In this document: positions 1 to 13,087 of the stretch, piece after piece
How the letters are laid out: each line of letters opens with the position of its first letter
Position numbering within the stretch: the first letter of the stretch is position 1
Assembly: GCF_902459465.1 (NCBI RefSeq)
Contig: NC_047073.1
Location: 9,672,001 to 9,736,000 of the forward strand
Direction of reading: 5' to 3'
Origin: Asterias rubens
Lineage: Eukaryota
DNA: 64,000 bases
Made by a program: the position numbers and the translations under genes
The notes under the pieces: model-generated
Database searches by the model: none
Told to the model about the DNA's origin: nothing
The model's input: only the letters and a program-made list of their open reading frames with translations

Positions 1-1731
1 CGGGGGGGGGGGGGGGGGGGGGCTATAGTCAACGAAATTCTGAACTAATGATGATCATTGTGTCATGTTTTGTTCGGAGATCTCTAGCCAAGCCGGTAGG
101 GCTACGTATTTGTTGTCTTTGGGGCCACAAGCTACTGTGTCTCAGGATGTTTATCATTATCTGCAAGGCATTGTTTGAAACAAACCTCTGTCGAATTAAT
201 GTTGTACACTGCCACAACTGGTGTGTTAAATTGACACCATGGGAGTTGTCATATAGGTACAGAAAACACTCTGGTGGGATATAATGTCCAGTCACATGAA
301 TTTGAGATTCGACAAGTAACAGGGCATGTTTACAAAAGAGACACAAATCACATTGTACTTCCTGGAGGCACGATTACTACACAGCACAATGAAAGAAAAC
401 AGTGACCTTATATTATATATTCATTGGAGGTTATTTTGCACCATCTGATTTTTATCGACTTCTGATAATTTATGGAGAAAGTGGGCACATTTTAAAATCT
501 ATCCAGCTGTTAAACTTATAAATCTTGAATCAATGTGGCTATGATGAAGCACAATGTCAAATTTCCCATAATTATGTGCTATTATTCCACTAGTCAGCTA
601 TCGATACTTAATGGCAAGTCAGACACATTAGTTGACATTTTGTTTCTATATGGACTGGGGTATAGTATTATTTCCGCTTAGCAGACTTAGCAAACAAGTG
701 AGTAGGCCTGTAGTTTCGAATGATAGATGCGCGGAACTCACTAGTAGGTTAAAAAACGTTGGTAGAGTTGAATAGCGCCCTCTAGCTGATTGATAACGTC
801 AAAAGAGGGCGCTCGTCATGTTTTGGATAGCACGATGCGTCGTCGGAGTCTGCTTAAAATGTTTGACTTTGCTGAGAGTCTACTTCAATCAGTAATGTTC
901 ATTTTGTAATTATGTTTGTTCTTGTTGTGTGGAATTGATGTAGCTTCTACAATAGCTTTGAAAATAGCAGATACAGTAGAACAAACGTATAGAGACAGAC
1001 ACATTTTCTATTTTCATTCAAGTTCAGTTCAGTTCATTTATAGAGCCACCTGTGATAGTAGTTATAATTAATTTGACTCAAATAAACATCGAACAATGAT
1101 ATAAAAATAATAATAAGTTAAGCATTTATATAGCGCCCCACAAAGATCGAAGCGCTTTACTAAAAAACAATACACAATACGTTGGAAATTATAACAACAC
1201 AAATAGTACCAAATTGTAAAGTGTAGGCAATTATGAAGGGTTCTGAGTACAAAAATGGAAATAGTTATAGGTACTGAACAAAAACTTCAGCAGGATAAAA
1301 ATAAACCTTTGTGGTCAGGGGTTGATCAAGCGATACGGTATACGGTTGCTTGGGGCAATACGACTCAGGAACGAAACAGTTGCTATAAAAAGCAATACCA
1401 TCGATGATGCACATAATCACACTGAAAAGCCTCGGGCTGTCATAACAATCGATTTTAGGCTTATTTCCAAAATAAATATATGAGTCAAATCCTAGAATAA
1501 CTCAATTGAATTGGATGTTAACTTGTATGGTGGGTATTGCCCCCTGCTGAATGCTAAAATTATAAACAATTAGCATACATAGCAAACAGATGTTATCATA
1601 ACGAACCCAAAGCGAACAATTATGCTGCATTCAAGGCACGAACATGACATTATACCACAAAGATGCTAACAGACAATAAACATCAGTGCCAGTTCACTTT
1701 GTAAGCCAGCGTTAGGAACATTGTTTCTTAA

Positions 1732-2035
1732 AGACAGTGGACACTATTGGTAATTGTTAAAGATCAGTCTTCTCACTTGGTGTATCTCAACATATGCATA
1801 AAATAACAAACCTGTGAAAATTTGAGCTCAATCTGTCGTCGAAGTTGCGAGATAATAATGAAGAAAAAAACCTAGTCACACGAAGTTGTGTTTCAGATGC
1901 TCGATTACGAGACCTCAAATTCTAAATCTGAGGTCTCGAAATCAAATTCGTGGAAAATCACTTCTTTCTCGAAAACTACTTCAGAGGGAGCCGTTTCTCA
2001 CAATGTTTTAAACTATCAACCTCTCCCCATTTACT
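1732..2035 (+). mobile_element. Kolobok-type MITE K1, 3'-truncated copy
   Basis: TTAA-AGACAGTGGACACTATTGGTAATT left end and the same internal sequence as 2623-3000. Right TIR is missing. Confidence 0.75.
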
Positions 2036-2265
2036 ACGTGGTTGTACCCGCAAGTTTACTATAGTTTATTCTTGTTCAGAGCCAACATTCCCTCAAAAGC
2101 GATTCGTTTCATGGACCCACTAGTTTACTATTATTTTACAGATTATTCTTAGAACTTAAGACACTGCTCTTTACACAAGCATACTGTATCTAGATTATTA
2201 GAAATTTATTGGGTTTGCTTTTGCATGTTTAACTGTAAATTCATTTTCAAAAAATAGCTATTAGT

Positions 2266-2306
2266 GGCCTGACGTTTCGACCGTAGCAGAGTCTTTCTCG
2301 GAAGTT
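2266..2306 (-). repeat. Penelope-like pLTR fragment with hammerhead-like motif
   Basis: Minus strand reads ..CCGAGAAAGACTCTGCTACGGTCGAAACGTCAGGCC. Same family at 55505-55594 and 59097-59125. Confidence 0.45.
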
Positions 2307-2622
2307 AAAACTGCTGTATTTATTTGCATCTATTGCTGTAGCGCCAAAAGTAAGATATTTTAGAATGATGCGCTTTAGAAATTAATTATACAAATAATGT
2401 CAACAACTGACATTCAGCGAAATTGATTTGAAAGCTTGTTTAGAGAAGAGAGATTTACGCAGCTGTTTCTGATTATGAATCGGTCAGGTAGTTCTTTAAT
2501 ACCTAACTATTACGCATTATAATTAATTTATTTACAAAACTGAATTTTCTAACAAGTTTTTGACGCAGTGCAATAATACATTCGAGCAACTACTTAACTT
2601 TGATGCAGTCTTGTAGACTTAA

Positions 2623-3000
2623 AGACACTGGACACTATTGGTAATTGTCAAAGACTAGCCTTCACAGTTGGTGTATCTCAACACATGCATTAAATAACAA
2701 ACCTGTGAAAATTTGAGCTCAATTGGTCATCGAACTTGCGAGATAATAATGAAAGAAAAAACACCCTTGTCACACGAAGTTGTGTGCGTTTAGATGGTTG
2801 ATTTCGAGACCTCAAGTTCTAAATCTGAGGTCTCGAAATCAAATTTATGGACAATTACTTCTTTCTCGAAAACTATGGCACTTCAGAGGGAGCCGTTTCT
2901 CACAATGTGTTATACTACCAACCTCTCCCCATTACTCGTTACCAAGTAAGGTTTTATGCTAATAAATATTTTGAGTAATTACCAATAGTATCCACTGCCT
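2623..3000 (+). mobile_element. Kolobok-type non-autonomous DNA transposon (MITE family K1), full length
   Basis: TTAA on both sides (2619-2622, 3001-3004). TIRs AGACACTGGACACTATTGGTAATT / AATTACCAATAGTATCCACTGCCT. Central hairpin TTGATTTCGAGACCTCA..TGAGGTCTCGAAATCAA. TTAA TSD plus purine-purine termini is the Kolobok signature. Confidence 0.8.
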
Positions 3001-4034
3001 TTAACAGGGCAGATATACGTTTGGCAATCGCCCTTAAAATTTATGGCAAGAAAAACGTTTGGTAAAAGCCATAACAGAAGCTTTCGATAGTATAAAGCAT
3101 TATTATATCAATTTCTTTGAGAAAAATCTCACTTGGAAATAATAAAAAAGATGTTGGTGCTCTAGCAAACGAGAGTAGTCATTAAACTTGATACGCGGGA
3201 TCGACCGACGTGGAGACAAGGTTAGAAGGCGGTGGATAATCAAAACTTGGACGGTCACATGCTGTCTAGAAAGCCACAGCCAAACTGTTAATCAAAAACA
3301 CAAAAGAAAATTCATGTATGTTCCTTTTTCGTTGTCACAAAACCTACAGGTATAAATAGGGGGCTTATAAAAACGCCTGGGCAATAATTATGATTTGTCA
3401 TCCGAAATTCTATTAATATCATTTTTGTGGGATAAACGGGCAGGTGGCTTTGTTTCCGGTGACGATCAATTCGGCTTCTAGCAATTGCTTCATAACTGCC
3501 AAAACAGGTGTTTCTGGGAAATATTTTTTGGGGGAAGTGGCGACCACTCCCACCTTGATGATATTATTTTTGTATTCTCCTTTTGTCAGGTGAACCATCT
3601 TAGTCGACATGAAATAGCCGCCGGGAGACGGATTATTATCCCTACGGGTTTTATCGTCGTTGTAATATTATCAGTAAAAGTATTTCTGAAATTAATATTT
3701 TAACGAGACGCAAATCTGACCTACGGATTGGAAACAGTCGGGAAAGAATGAATAATTTTTCACAAATTTGATTAGTTTCGTCTTGGGGACATTTCGGGTT
3801 GGAGAGGCTATACGTACCGGGATGATTTTTAAAGAATGCTTTTTTTTAAGTGAAACAAAAATGCGACGTAAGGGAGAACAGAAAAAGAAAAAAAATATCA
3901 CCATTGCTCATTTTAGTGGCCGCATTCAAAATAAGCCTTCACTGGTATAAATAAACAAATAAATAGCTACATAAACAAATAAATAAAACGTCAGTTTGAT
4001 AAAGTTTCCACAGATTTGTAACATAGAAAATCTC

Positions 4035-4320
4035 TAATCGACTCAACTCGACTTGACTCGACTCCACTCTACTCGACTCGGATCTAATCTAATATAAAAT
4101 AATCGTAATGTTACCTAATCTTATCTTAAATCTAATCTCAAATCTAATCCAATAAAAAATATCGTACTTAAATCGACTCGACTCGAATCTAATCTAATCT
4201 AATCTAATCAAATATAATCTCAAATTTTACTAAAAATAGAATATACTCGAATCGAATCGACTTGACTCCACTCGAATCGAATTTAAACCTATCTTGTCTC
4301 ATCTAATGTAATCCGATTTA
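4035..4320. repeat. Degenerate pentanucleotide microsatellite (CTCGA)n/(ATCTA)n
   Basis: Runs of actcg/gactc and atcta/aatct. Confidence 0.8.
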
Positions 4321-6175
4321 GTATATTCAATTCTGTATTTAATTGTTGGTGTGTTTGAATTAGATGTTGAGAATGACCTTGCTTTGAACAAAACAAATTA
4401 TCTGAACTTTATTTTGAAGAAGTCTTTCTGAGATTGAATAGATACGACCAGATGATGACTTCACTGATCAAAATAATATTCAGCAGCTCTGCTCCTCGGC
4501 GCTGAAATCACACGCTTTCTCGCCACATTCCAAATCCGTATATCCACCCGGTCATCTCTGTTCATGAATCAGCCGTCGGTTACTTGTACAGTGATGTTTT
4601 GAAACAGTCGTCGACAATGTCTACGGTAAAAACCCAAATTGTTATTTTTAACGCAGAAGAACAATAATAATATAAAACTTGAAAAGGTTTCGACACTGGT
4701 CAAAACAACAAAGTTATAAATAAATCATGAACTTTCAAAAACACTATAGTTTAATTTTCAGCCATCGAATCTGTGTTCCCAATGAAAGCAACACAGCCCA
4801 TGGGCTAGTGTATGGAATTGGGATTGTTTCAATGTACAATAACAGGAGTGTTCCGAACGATAATCTGAAATGCGTGTACGTAACCCTCACCATGCCGGGT
4901 CAGGTTTATTGATGGGGGAAACGGAGCTAGAGACGGGGAGCTAATGTCACCACTGTCCCGGAGGCACAAGGGTTTCGCGTTGCATAAACGTTTTAAAGAG
5001 GGCAGGAAGCATTTTTATTAGAAACCTCACTACAATATCACGAATAGGTATTCAAAAGGTGAGTTTTGAGTATTATTTACCAAGATCAAAATACAAATGT
5101 GGGTTAGATTAAAAATAATATAGTTATAACAGTTTGAATTTTGTGTTATGTTGCTATTAATTACTTAAAAAAACCGAATGGCTTAATGCTGCCACATAGG
5201 AAACAAGGGAAAAAATTTGCCCTATTTCATAACAATACTGCTTGACAAATTTCTTTGATAAGCACAAAAATTAGTTGGGCACCAGTCACAACAATGTAAA
5301 CTTAATGTAATTTTGGCTGTCTGATTCTGTTAAGCATTACTTGTCTGCGCTTAGCAAGTTAATGTGCTTACAGGCGTAATTGGGTCGTGTTCACTTGAAC
5401 ACAGTACACGGCAATAACTCGGTAGCCTTTACTCATTACGCTTGGTCGTCAAGTATTACACCAGCATGGGCAAATAACAACGCCATGTTTTGTAAACCAA
5501 GTTCACATGACATTTTCGTTACATTGATTGTAAGCTACTCACTTTTAAATGTTAAAAAAGTCACTGATGTATAACCACACTGCAGTATGTATGCCAGATG
5601 GTATTAGTCATTGCACATTCACAAGGCAACATTTCGCAGTGATAGGAAATCGTTTTATATTTAGCTTTGACATTTCGACACTTTGATTGTTAGCTATTAT
5701 ACATGGGTGTTATCAGCACATTATTGTAAGCCATTGAAAAACATTCACACTTGGTCATTTGATATTCACACGACAATATTTCGCAGTCATTTAACTTTGT
5801 GCATGACATGTACCACAATAGTTGTAAGTTATTGTTACGCTCACACCCGGGGTCAATATCACAGTGGTTGTTAATTCATTATGCATTCACACTGTATTCT
5901 GTCACAGTGGATGTTACACAGTCATCTCACACATTCACACTGCATTTTGCAACAACACACAGCGAGCAGTTAATATATTTTGGTCATTCCAACGGCATTA
6001 AACCCACTGCAACCGTAAGTCAATTCGGTGCTTTAAAAACCCTCGAGGGTCACCCGTCAATTCCTGAAGAGGCTGTACATCTCAAAAAGTGATTCCAAAT
6101 AGCGGTAACCTTAGAGACGATTGTACATGATTATTGAAAACCTCTTGGCTTGCCCCCATTCACTCACAGACTGAC

Positions 6176-7200
6176 CTGGTGAGGAAAAGTACATTGTCTC
6201 CACAGCCTATCTACTAACGAGAAGCAATAAAGCAAGGTCGCAAATAGACCTGACTTATACTTGCCGTCATCGCCACTGTGACACCCTAGCATCACAAGCA
6301 GATCCCATTAACCCAAAGAATGCTATTTTCTTAATAAACCAGCTCGTGTGAAGTGTTTGGCGAAGAGAAAGTGCTCTGCTCTCTCCTTCGTCGCTCTTCC
6401 CAGTCACTCTTCCCTTATCTATAGCAATCATGGCCGGGGCCTCGTGCTGGATAAAAACCGGGGAGGACCTCTCCTTGAGTGGGAAGCGAGCTGTTTACAA
6501 AGAGATCAAATTTGGATGTCACTCCGCGTTCGTGTCATGTCTTCAAAAACAACATCCTATTTTTGCTCCCACTCGCGGGCTCCCGAGCCAGAGTAAAATG
6601 AACTGCAATTGGCCTAAAGGGTGTCATTTCGCGCGCCATCGACGCAGAAAAGTTACAATAACAAAGACAACTCTTTCCAACATCAAATTAGATTCCCACC
6701 TTCTAATTGCGTGGACACTTGGAGTACGTCAACAAATCCGTTGCATCTAGAAAACGCGACCCTGGGGCGGGTACGGACGGAAAGTTGAATCGCTGCAGCA
6801 AAGCAACCCGTGTGCGCCGTCCCGACTACTGCCCAGTAGTTCTGCGGACATTTAACCCATATTTTCGGGGTCTTCTTTTGACGACTAAAGGGCTGCGGGG
6901 GATTAGAGTTGACGCGGTCAGCGGCCGTGTGTCACACGCTTGGGCCATTTGCACTCCGTGGTTGTTCTGCTGTCATACGCCCACCTTGCCAGAAACACGG
7001 CTTGCGGGGAAATTGCCGCCGAAAAGTAAACACGGAAAATTAATTTTTGGCGAGGACTGAGAGAGTGGGAACTGACGGAAAGTGTATAGTCTGTGTGTGT
7101 TATGTATGTGTGTGTTGTGGATGGAGGGGAGTAGGGGCGGCTCGGGCAACTGGGACATAGGCAGACATTAACCCAGATGAAAACTAGGGCAAGGAGGACC
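6176..7200 (-). promoter_or_regulatory. CpG-rich island; candidate promoter and long first exon of a minus-strand gene
   Basis: Locally GC/CpG-rich relative to its flanks. Inr-like TCAGTC near 7060. Good donor CAG|GTCAGT at 6176/6175, preceded by ACA-ATG-TAC-TTT-TCC-TCA-CCA-G. No downstream exons identified. Confidence 0.3.
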
Positions 7201-10200
7201 ACATCGCCAGCTGAACGAATGATCGGACTTTATTGCATTCAACGGCTGTTTCATGAAGTCTTATTTTTCTGAAACTTTATTTTAGTTTTGTTTTATCTGA
7301 ATACCGGCCCCGTTGCTTCTTTATGTGACGAAAAGGGTTACTCCTTTGTGCCGAACTTAATAATAAAAAAAAGTGAATGAGATTTTAATTCAGCATTTTG
7401 CTGATTTAATTCGCATTTTCATCTCGATTTGATCCATGCCATAGTGTTTACTGTTAGGTATTGTTATTTTATTTTATTTTTTAAATAAGGAGCACTTTTC
7501 GTGACTGTGACTAGGAAAATCGCAGCCAACATTTCGGGAATACTTATTCTACACTGCTTATTCGTAATAGATGCTGATTCATATTTTGTTTAATCTTCGA
7601 CACCATCTCTGAGATTGCCTCGCGTTGTCTTTTTGTTTCTTCTTTGCATTACGTCTCATTAGGAGTGCTAAGTACGTGTAAAAGTGTTCGTATTTATTAT
7701 AGCTCGTAAAATTGTATGAGAGCATGACCCAATCATAGACCCCGCTATGAGCAATCCCGTGATCAAATAATATATTAGTCTTTTATATAGCTCACCTTCA
7801 GCTATACTGCAAAAGCTAGAGTAAAATTGACACCACGGAGTGTCACATTATAGATCGAACATCAACGGGTGTACAAAATAACACGAATGTAACCGGGTTT
7901 TACTTTTCCATCGGGTGTTATTTTAACACCCGATGGTAGAGTTTTGATAATTTCTGTTGGTACAACACCCGAACTGTCGATTCTCAATTGAAGGAAACAT
8001 TTTAAGACCGGTTGTGAATAAATTTTTGTCTCAAATATAAAACTAGTTTATGAGGCACTTTGGTTTACAAGGTGCGATACGTAACTGGGTTCTTTTTTCA
8101 AATATTTCAAAACACAATAGACATTGTAATAATTTATGCATAGTTTAAATTTCAATCTAGATCGATTGCTGCGTTTGAATTGTCATTTAATTCACACCGT
8201 GAAATGTTCCCAAAATAGTTATCACAAAAAGGCAACATTGAACAGCCGTCGCACCATCCCGAGTCTTAGCACCTCCGCAAGGAAAGAAAAGTCCCATCTC
8301 CCAGCATGTCAGCTGCGGCGTAAACTGAACGTGCTCTCGAACCGTTCGCTGCGGAGTCTAAACGAATATAGAAGCCCTGGAGTATTGAGGGACGTTCATA
8401 CACGTCTAGAGTCTCTGCTTCTCTCGACAGGAACCAAGTACCGTCGGGTTAGGGGAGGTAATTATTTTGTAAGCCTATAGATTTCACTTAAAGAGAAACT
8501 GTATCCTTATGTCACACTTATTGTGTGAGACGATCGGGAAGTTGTTTACACTATGGTTTTCGTTTGGTCGGGAAGATGGTGTATGGGGAGATGTGCTATC
8601 TTATTCTATTTGATACGGACAAAGATGTTTTAATTACGCCGCAGTCGTCTTCCTGCATGTCTTTGTGTTAAAGTACTTATTTTTCTTCTTCTTCATAAAT
8701 GTTGTAGATTCAATGGAATAGCCCCCCCCCCTTTTTTTTTAAAGAATGTTTTGAGGCAATAAGTTTCCAGGTTGAAAAGTAAGGTCTCCTTACGAGTCGT
8801 GAGTCTTAGACTGGTGACTGCTACGTTTGCTGACTATCACAGAGAAGTCAGGGAGCGCGATCGTAATCGGAACAATGTCAGAGGTCAAAAAGTGTAGTCT
8901 TGACTCGTGTGCGAAATCATTTCACATCTTATTCGATTTCCCATCGTCAAAGATGCTTTCATTGCGCCACACTCATCTTTTTTCTTTAAGTATAACTTTG
9001 TCTTCTTCTTCTTAAATGAGACTGACATTAGACTAGTGTTGCCCGCGTTGACGTATGCTGACTATAACAGAGAAGTCGGGGAGCGCGATCTTTGGAGTAA
9101 TGTCAGAGGTTCATAAGTGTAGTCAATTGACTCGTGTGCGATCAAGGTCCCAATATTGTACATGATGGTATCGAGAAAATCACTTAATACTTTGTCAATT
9201 TGAGAGAATTTTTGTCCAGGTGACTTCGTCCCGGCAACATTATTCACATGGTACATAAGGAGTCATTTAAAAAAACTTGGTCAGAGAACGAAAAGGAACT
9301 TGATTGCATTTCACCAAAATATGGTGTAGATTGAAATCCGTTGTTAATTTCAAGACATAAACAAACAACCTCTGTGGTACAATATAGGGAAATGATATTT
9401 GGTAACTTGACGACTAACCGGACAACAAAATGTTGATGTGCTGGATTTGAGCTACTCTAGCAATTCGTCCCTTTAATTTCTAGTGTTGTTCAAGAGTTGA
9501 ACTTATTGACAATAGAAAGCGACAATCTAATCAAACGACACCCCTCGCTCACAACAGTTTCATTGCCTTTCATCAAAAAAAAGTAGACTGAACCTGGGAT
9601 CAAATCGTTCACAGAAAAGTACACGTCGGTGAGGCAAAAATATAGGGAAAAACGAAACCCCCGTTCGATGGTATTTGCACAGTAAAAGCAACGGTCTCCA
9701 CGGTAGAACACGGGGGCCCGGGTGTAGACTCAGCAGATGGCTTGCCGTTAACCGCGGCGAGTTCCGGCCTGTCACTTACGACTCGCTGAGCTTAGCTTTT
9801 TTTTTCTTTTCTTTTCAAACCCTTTTTCGCCCGTGCTCTTTTCTCCACCGTGGTCCATCAATGACTTGGACTATCTTCAATATTTGCTTTGGTCGTCAAA
9901 GCGAATGGAGCAAACATTTTGATGGGCGCTCGTGATTGTGAGGTGAATAATATTGTGTTGTTAAAGGGGCTTTTTCCGCTGTTTTTTTTTTTTTGTCGGT
10001 GGTTTAGGAAAAGAACACGGGTGCCGTGATTGTTGTTGAGTGACTACAGCTCGTGAATCTATGAAAAGTACAAAATGCCTTCAATGTTTTCAACGCACGA
10101 TTGTCCAGGAGTGCATTAAACCTCGTTAAGTCTCCTGAAATCTTGGTAGCACTCGTTGAACTCTTAAATTCCATACCTCTTCAACTGCCAAGACGCCGTT

Positions 10201-11261
10201 TACAAACTTCTGTTTTTTCCCTCATACCTTATTTATCATCCAAAACCCCCTTTTACTTTTTACATCTGCAACATTGAAGAGGTGCTTGAGTGATGAAAAC
10301 ACCTCCCTACGCAATCGTTTTAAGCATTGCGTCTGCACATCTTGACTGTATGACATTAGGTTCCCTTTTAAATGTTGGGTTCGCTGTTTACCAGAGCACG
10401 CCCTCATCACCACAGCATGTTTAGTTTCATGGAGGCAGAAGGATACCGCCACGCCCCTCACCGGTCTTGAATACGCCCACAATACTATCCATCCACCATT
10501 TCTCACCCTAAAATGTCACCATCTTGCCTAAAAAAATATATTGTCTGACAGAGTTGCCCACGTACCTCATGTGCATTACTGTTTTTGGCGTGTTTTTAAA
10601 TAAGAGACGAGTTCTTTTCGCCGAGTTCTTTCCGCCGTTTAGAACCGGCAGGGCCTTTATAACGCGGCAACGACCCTGCAATGTTTTAAACGGCCGTGAA
10701 AGAACGAGTCACTACTATTTTATTCCCATTCATAAATGCATTTTTGGTAAAAAGGCGTAATTAAGTAAGAAACTGTAAAACTTATCCGTTTGAGCTCTGT
10801 ATGTACGACGTCCGTGTGTTGCATTGTTACGACTGAGACGCCCATTTCCGACAATTTCTTGATTCTTTCTTGCGCGTGCGCGTACAGTCTTGGTGCAACA
10901 CTTTCTGGTTTTCCTTTCACACACAGCGCGGCCAACTCACCGACAGCGTCCGCATCGCCGTAACAAAAAACGTCTTGCACCAAGACTAGTGCGGAGTATC
11001 CGTTCACAACCGGTTATAAACACTGGTCATTATCAAAGGTTTAAACACCCCCACGTGATGCGCTCTCCAACAATAGGAATAGCGAAACTGTCCGAGGTAT
11101 TTATGAATGAGACGTTGAGTGTTATAATCGCCAATACAGTATTGGAGACTTTTTGACGCCAAATATAATTTAAGCTTAGAATAATTGAAAATTAATAGGA
11201 AATAACCGGTACTTTGTATGTTTGCTGCCACCAAGTGTCCCGTCAAATCCCAAAATACAAG

Positions 11262-11463
11262 GGCCCAATGTTTAAGCAGGAAAATATCGCTTAACCATCT
11301 TCTAAGCAGAAATTAGCAGAACCCGGTTTCATAAAGCATTTACGAATACAATCTTACCAGCCAAAATACCATATTTAACTGTTTTCATTGCTGCAACTGG
11401 TGCCCTCACTCAATTCTTGCTTAGCAAAGAATTTTCTGTTTGACAGCTTTATGAAACTGGGCC
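11262..11463. mobile_element. Harbinger-type MITE (GGCCCAATTTCATA family), degenerate/nested
   Basis: TIR-like ends GGCCCAATG / GAAACTGGGCC with a 3-bp AAG duplication. Internal sequence matches 20500-20666 and 37198-37429. Confidence 0.55.
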
Positions 11464-11952
11464 AAGGATAGGGCCTACGTGTGTCATATTAATTGTACAT
11501 GTGACTGATTAGTTTGGCTGGTAACTTTATTCTGGTAAGCATATAATGTTGTTGTGCTAAGCAGCCCACATTCGTCGTGCTCTTGTAATGCCAAGTTAGT
11601 CAATAATGACAGCCCATCCAGTGACTTAACGTCTTGTAGGGACAACCCACGGCAAATTAGGTGATTTTGGATTCTGACTGTGGCTATTGGCTGAAGACAA
11701 AGAGACAGCCCGCCGAAGCCATAGCCGATGTTGTTTACAAAAGCTAAGAATCCACCGAAGGATGATTCAGAATTAATTTGCTATTTCTTGACAAATGAGG
11801 GCGCTGCATGGTATTTAAGATCATCATCCGAAAGTCAATTTCGACAACGATGAAAATTTCCTCAAATGAGTGTAACTTGCTTCAACAAAAAATAACTTTT
11901 TGAGAACACTGATTCGAATTCAAAGGATAATATATATTATTATTATCGTTAA

Positions 11953-12319
11953 AGCCATTGGACACTTTCGGAACAGAAAAAATGTTTAAAAGTTCACAGA
12001 TTTACAAATAACTTGCAGGGTTTACAGAAGGTAATGGTGAAAGACTTCTCTTGAAATATTATTCCATGAAATGCTTTACTTTCTGAAAACATTAAAACAA
12101 TATCTATTCTCGATATCGAGATTTACGGATTTATTTTAAACACATGTCATGACACGGCGAAACGTGCGGAAACAAGGGTGTGTTTTCCCGTTATTGTCTC
12201 CCGACTCCGATGACCAAAATTGAGCCTAAATGTTCACAGGTTTGTTATTTTATATATAAGTTGTGACACACGAAGTGTGGGCCTTGGACAATACTGTTTA
12301 CCGAAAGTGTCAAATGGCT
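11953..12319. mobile_element. Kolobok-type MITE family K2, full length
   Basis: TTAA flanks (11949-11952, 12320-12323). TIRs AGCCATTGGACACTTTCGG / CCGAAAGTGTCAAATGGCT. Confidence 0.75.
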
Positions 12320-12712
12320 TTAAAACAATGGTAAAAAATGTAGTTAACTTTCATGCTTAATGTAGTCACTGATGTCGGCCCTGATAAGGGTATCACGGCT
12401 GAATTACTGGATCATTGTGTAAATAAAGCAAGTAAACACTGAATGAACTCTCCCTCGTGTTTTCAGATAATCGAGTGACCGTTTGATGTCATCTCTGCAG
12501 ATATTTATTGGTTCCAACAACATTGCAAGTTGAACTAGAGGAGTGGCCTGTTGCCGTTTTCTAACACGAGAGGGATACTTTCAAAACAAGAGTCCGGTAA
12601 GTTTGATCATTATTTTATCATTAGTAGAGCAAGTATAAAGTGTTGGAATCGGCAGCTATACAGCTGGCTACGGCTGCAGCCAATACTAGGATGTTTCTAA
12701 GGGTAGCTTTAA

Positions 12713-13087
12713 AGGCAGTGGACACTATTGGTACTTACTCAACATAATTTTTAGCATAAAACATTACTTGGTAGCGAGTAATTGTGAGCTGTTGATAGTA
12801 TAAAACATTGTGAGAAACAGCTCCATCTGAAGTAAAGTTAGTTTTCGAGAAAGAAGTAAGTTTCCACGGATTTCGATTTCGAGACCTCAGAATTAGATTT
12901 TTGAGGTCTCGAAATCAAGCATCTGAAAGCACACAACTTAGTGTGACAAGGCTATTTTTTCTTTCATTATTATCTCGCAACTTAGACGACCGATTGAGCT
13001 CAAATTTCCACAGGTTTATTGTATGCATATGTTGAGATACACCAAGTGAGAAGACTGGTCTTTGACAATTTTACCAATAGTGTCCAG
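12713..13087 (-). mobile_element. Kolobok-type MITE K1, reverse orientation, one end damaged
   Basis: TTAA-AGGCAGTGGACACTATTGG at 12709 and ..ACCAATAGTGTCCAG at about 13087. Same internal hairpin as other K1 copies. Confidence 0.75.

Noticed and set aside
29-346. 105-aa minus-strand ORF and overlapping plus ORF
   Set aside because: No recognisable motif in any frame and no convincing splice-site pair.
2780-2962. Recurrent ORFs of the MCAFRWLISRPQ type (also 19464, 23363, 23510, 35074, 60280)
   Set aside because: They are chance frames inside non-coding Kolobok MITE copies.
3419-3904. Short ORFs (e.g. MSTKMVHLTKGEY..)
   Set aside because: No homology recognised and no consistent exon chain.
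10720-11007. 95-aa protein-like minus ORF (GDADAVGELAALCVKG..)
   Set aside because: GTG start next to a repeat, no GT donor where the frame ends its plausible part, and no family recognised.
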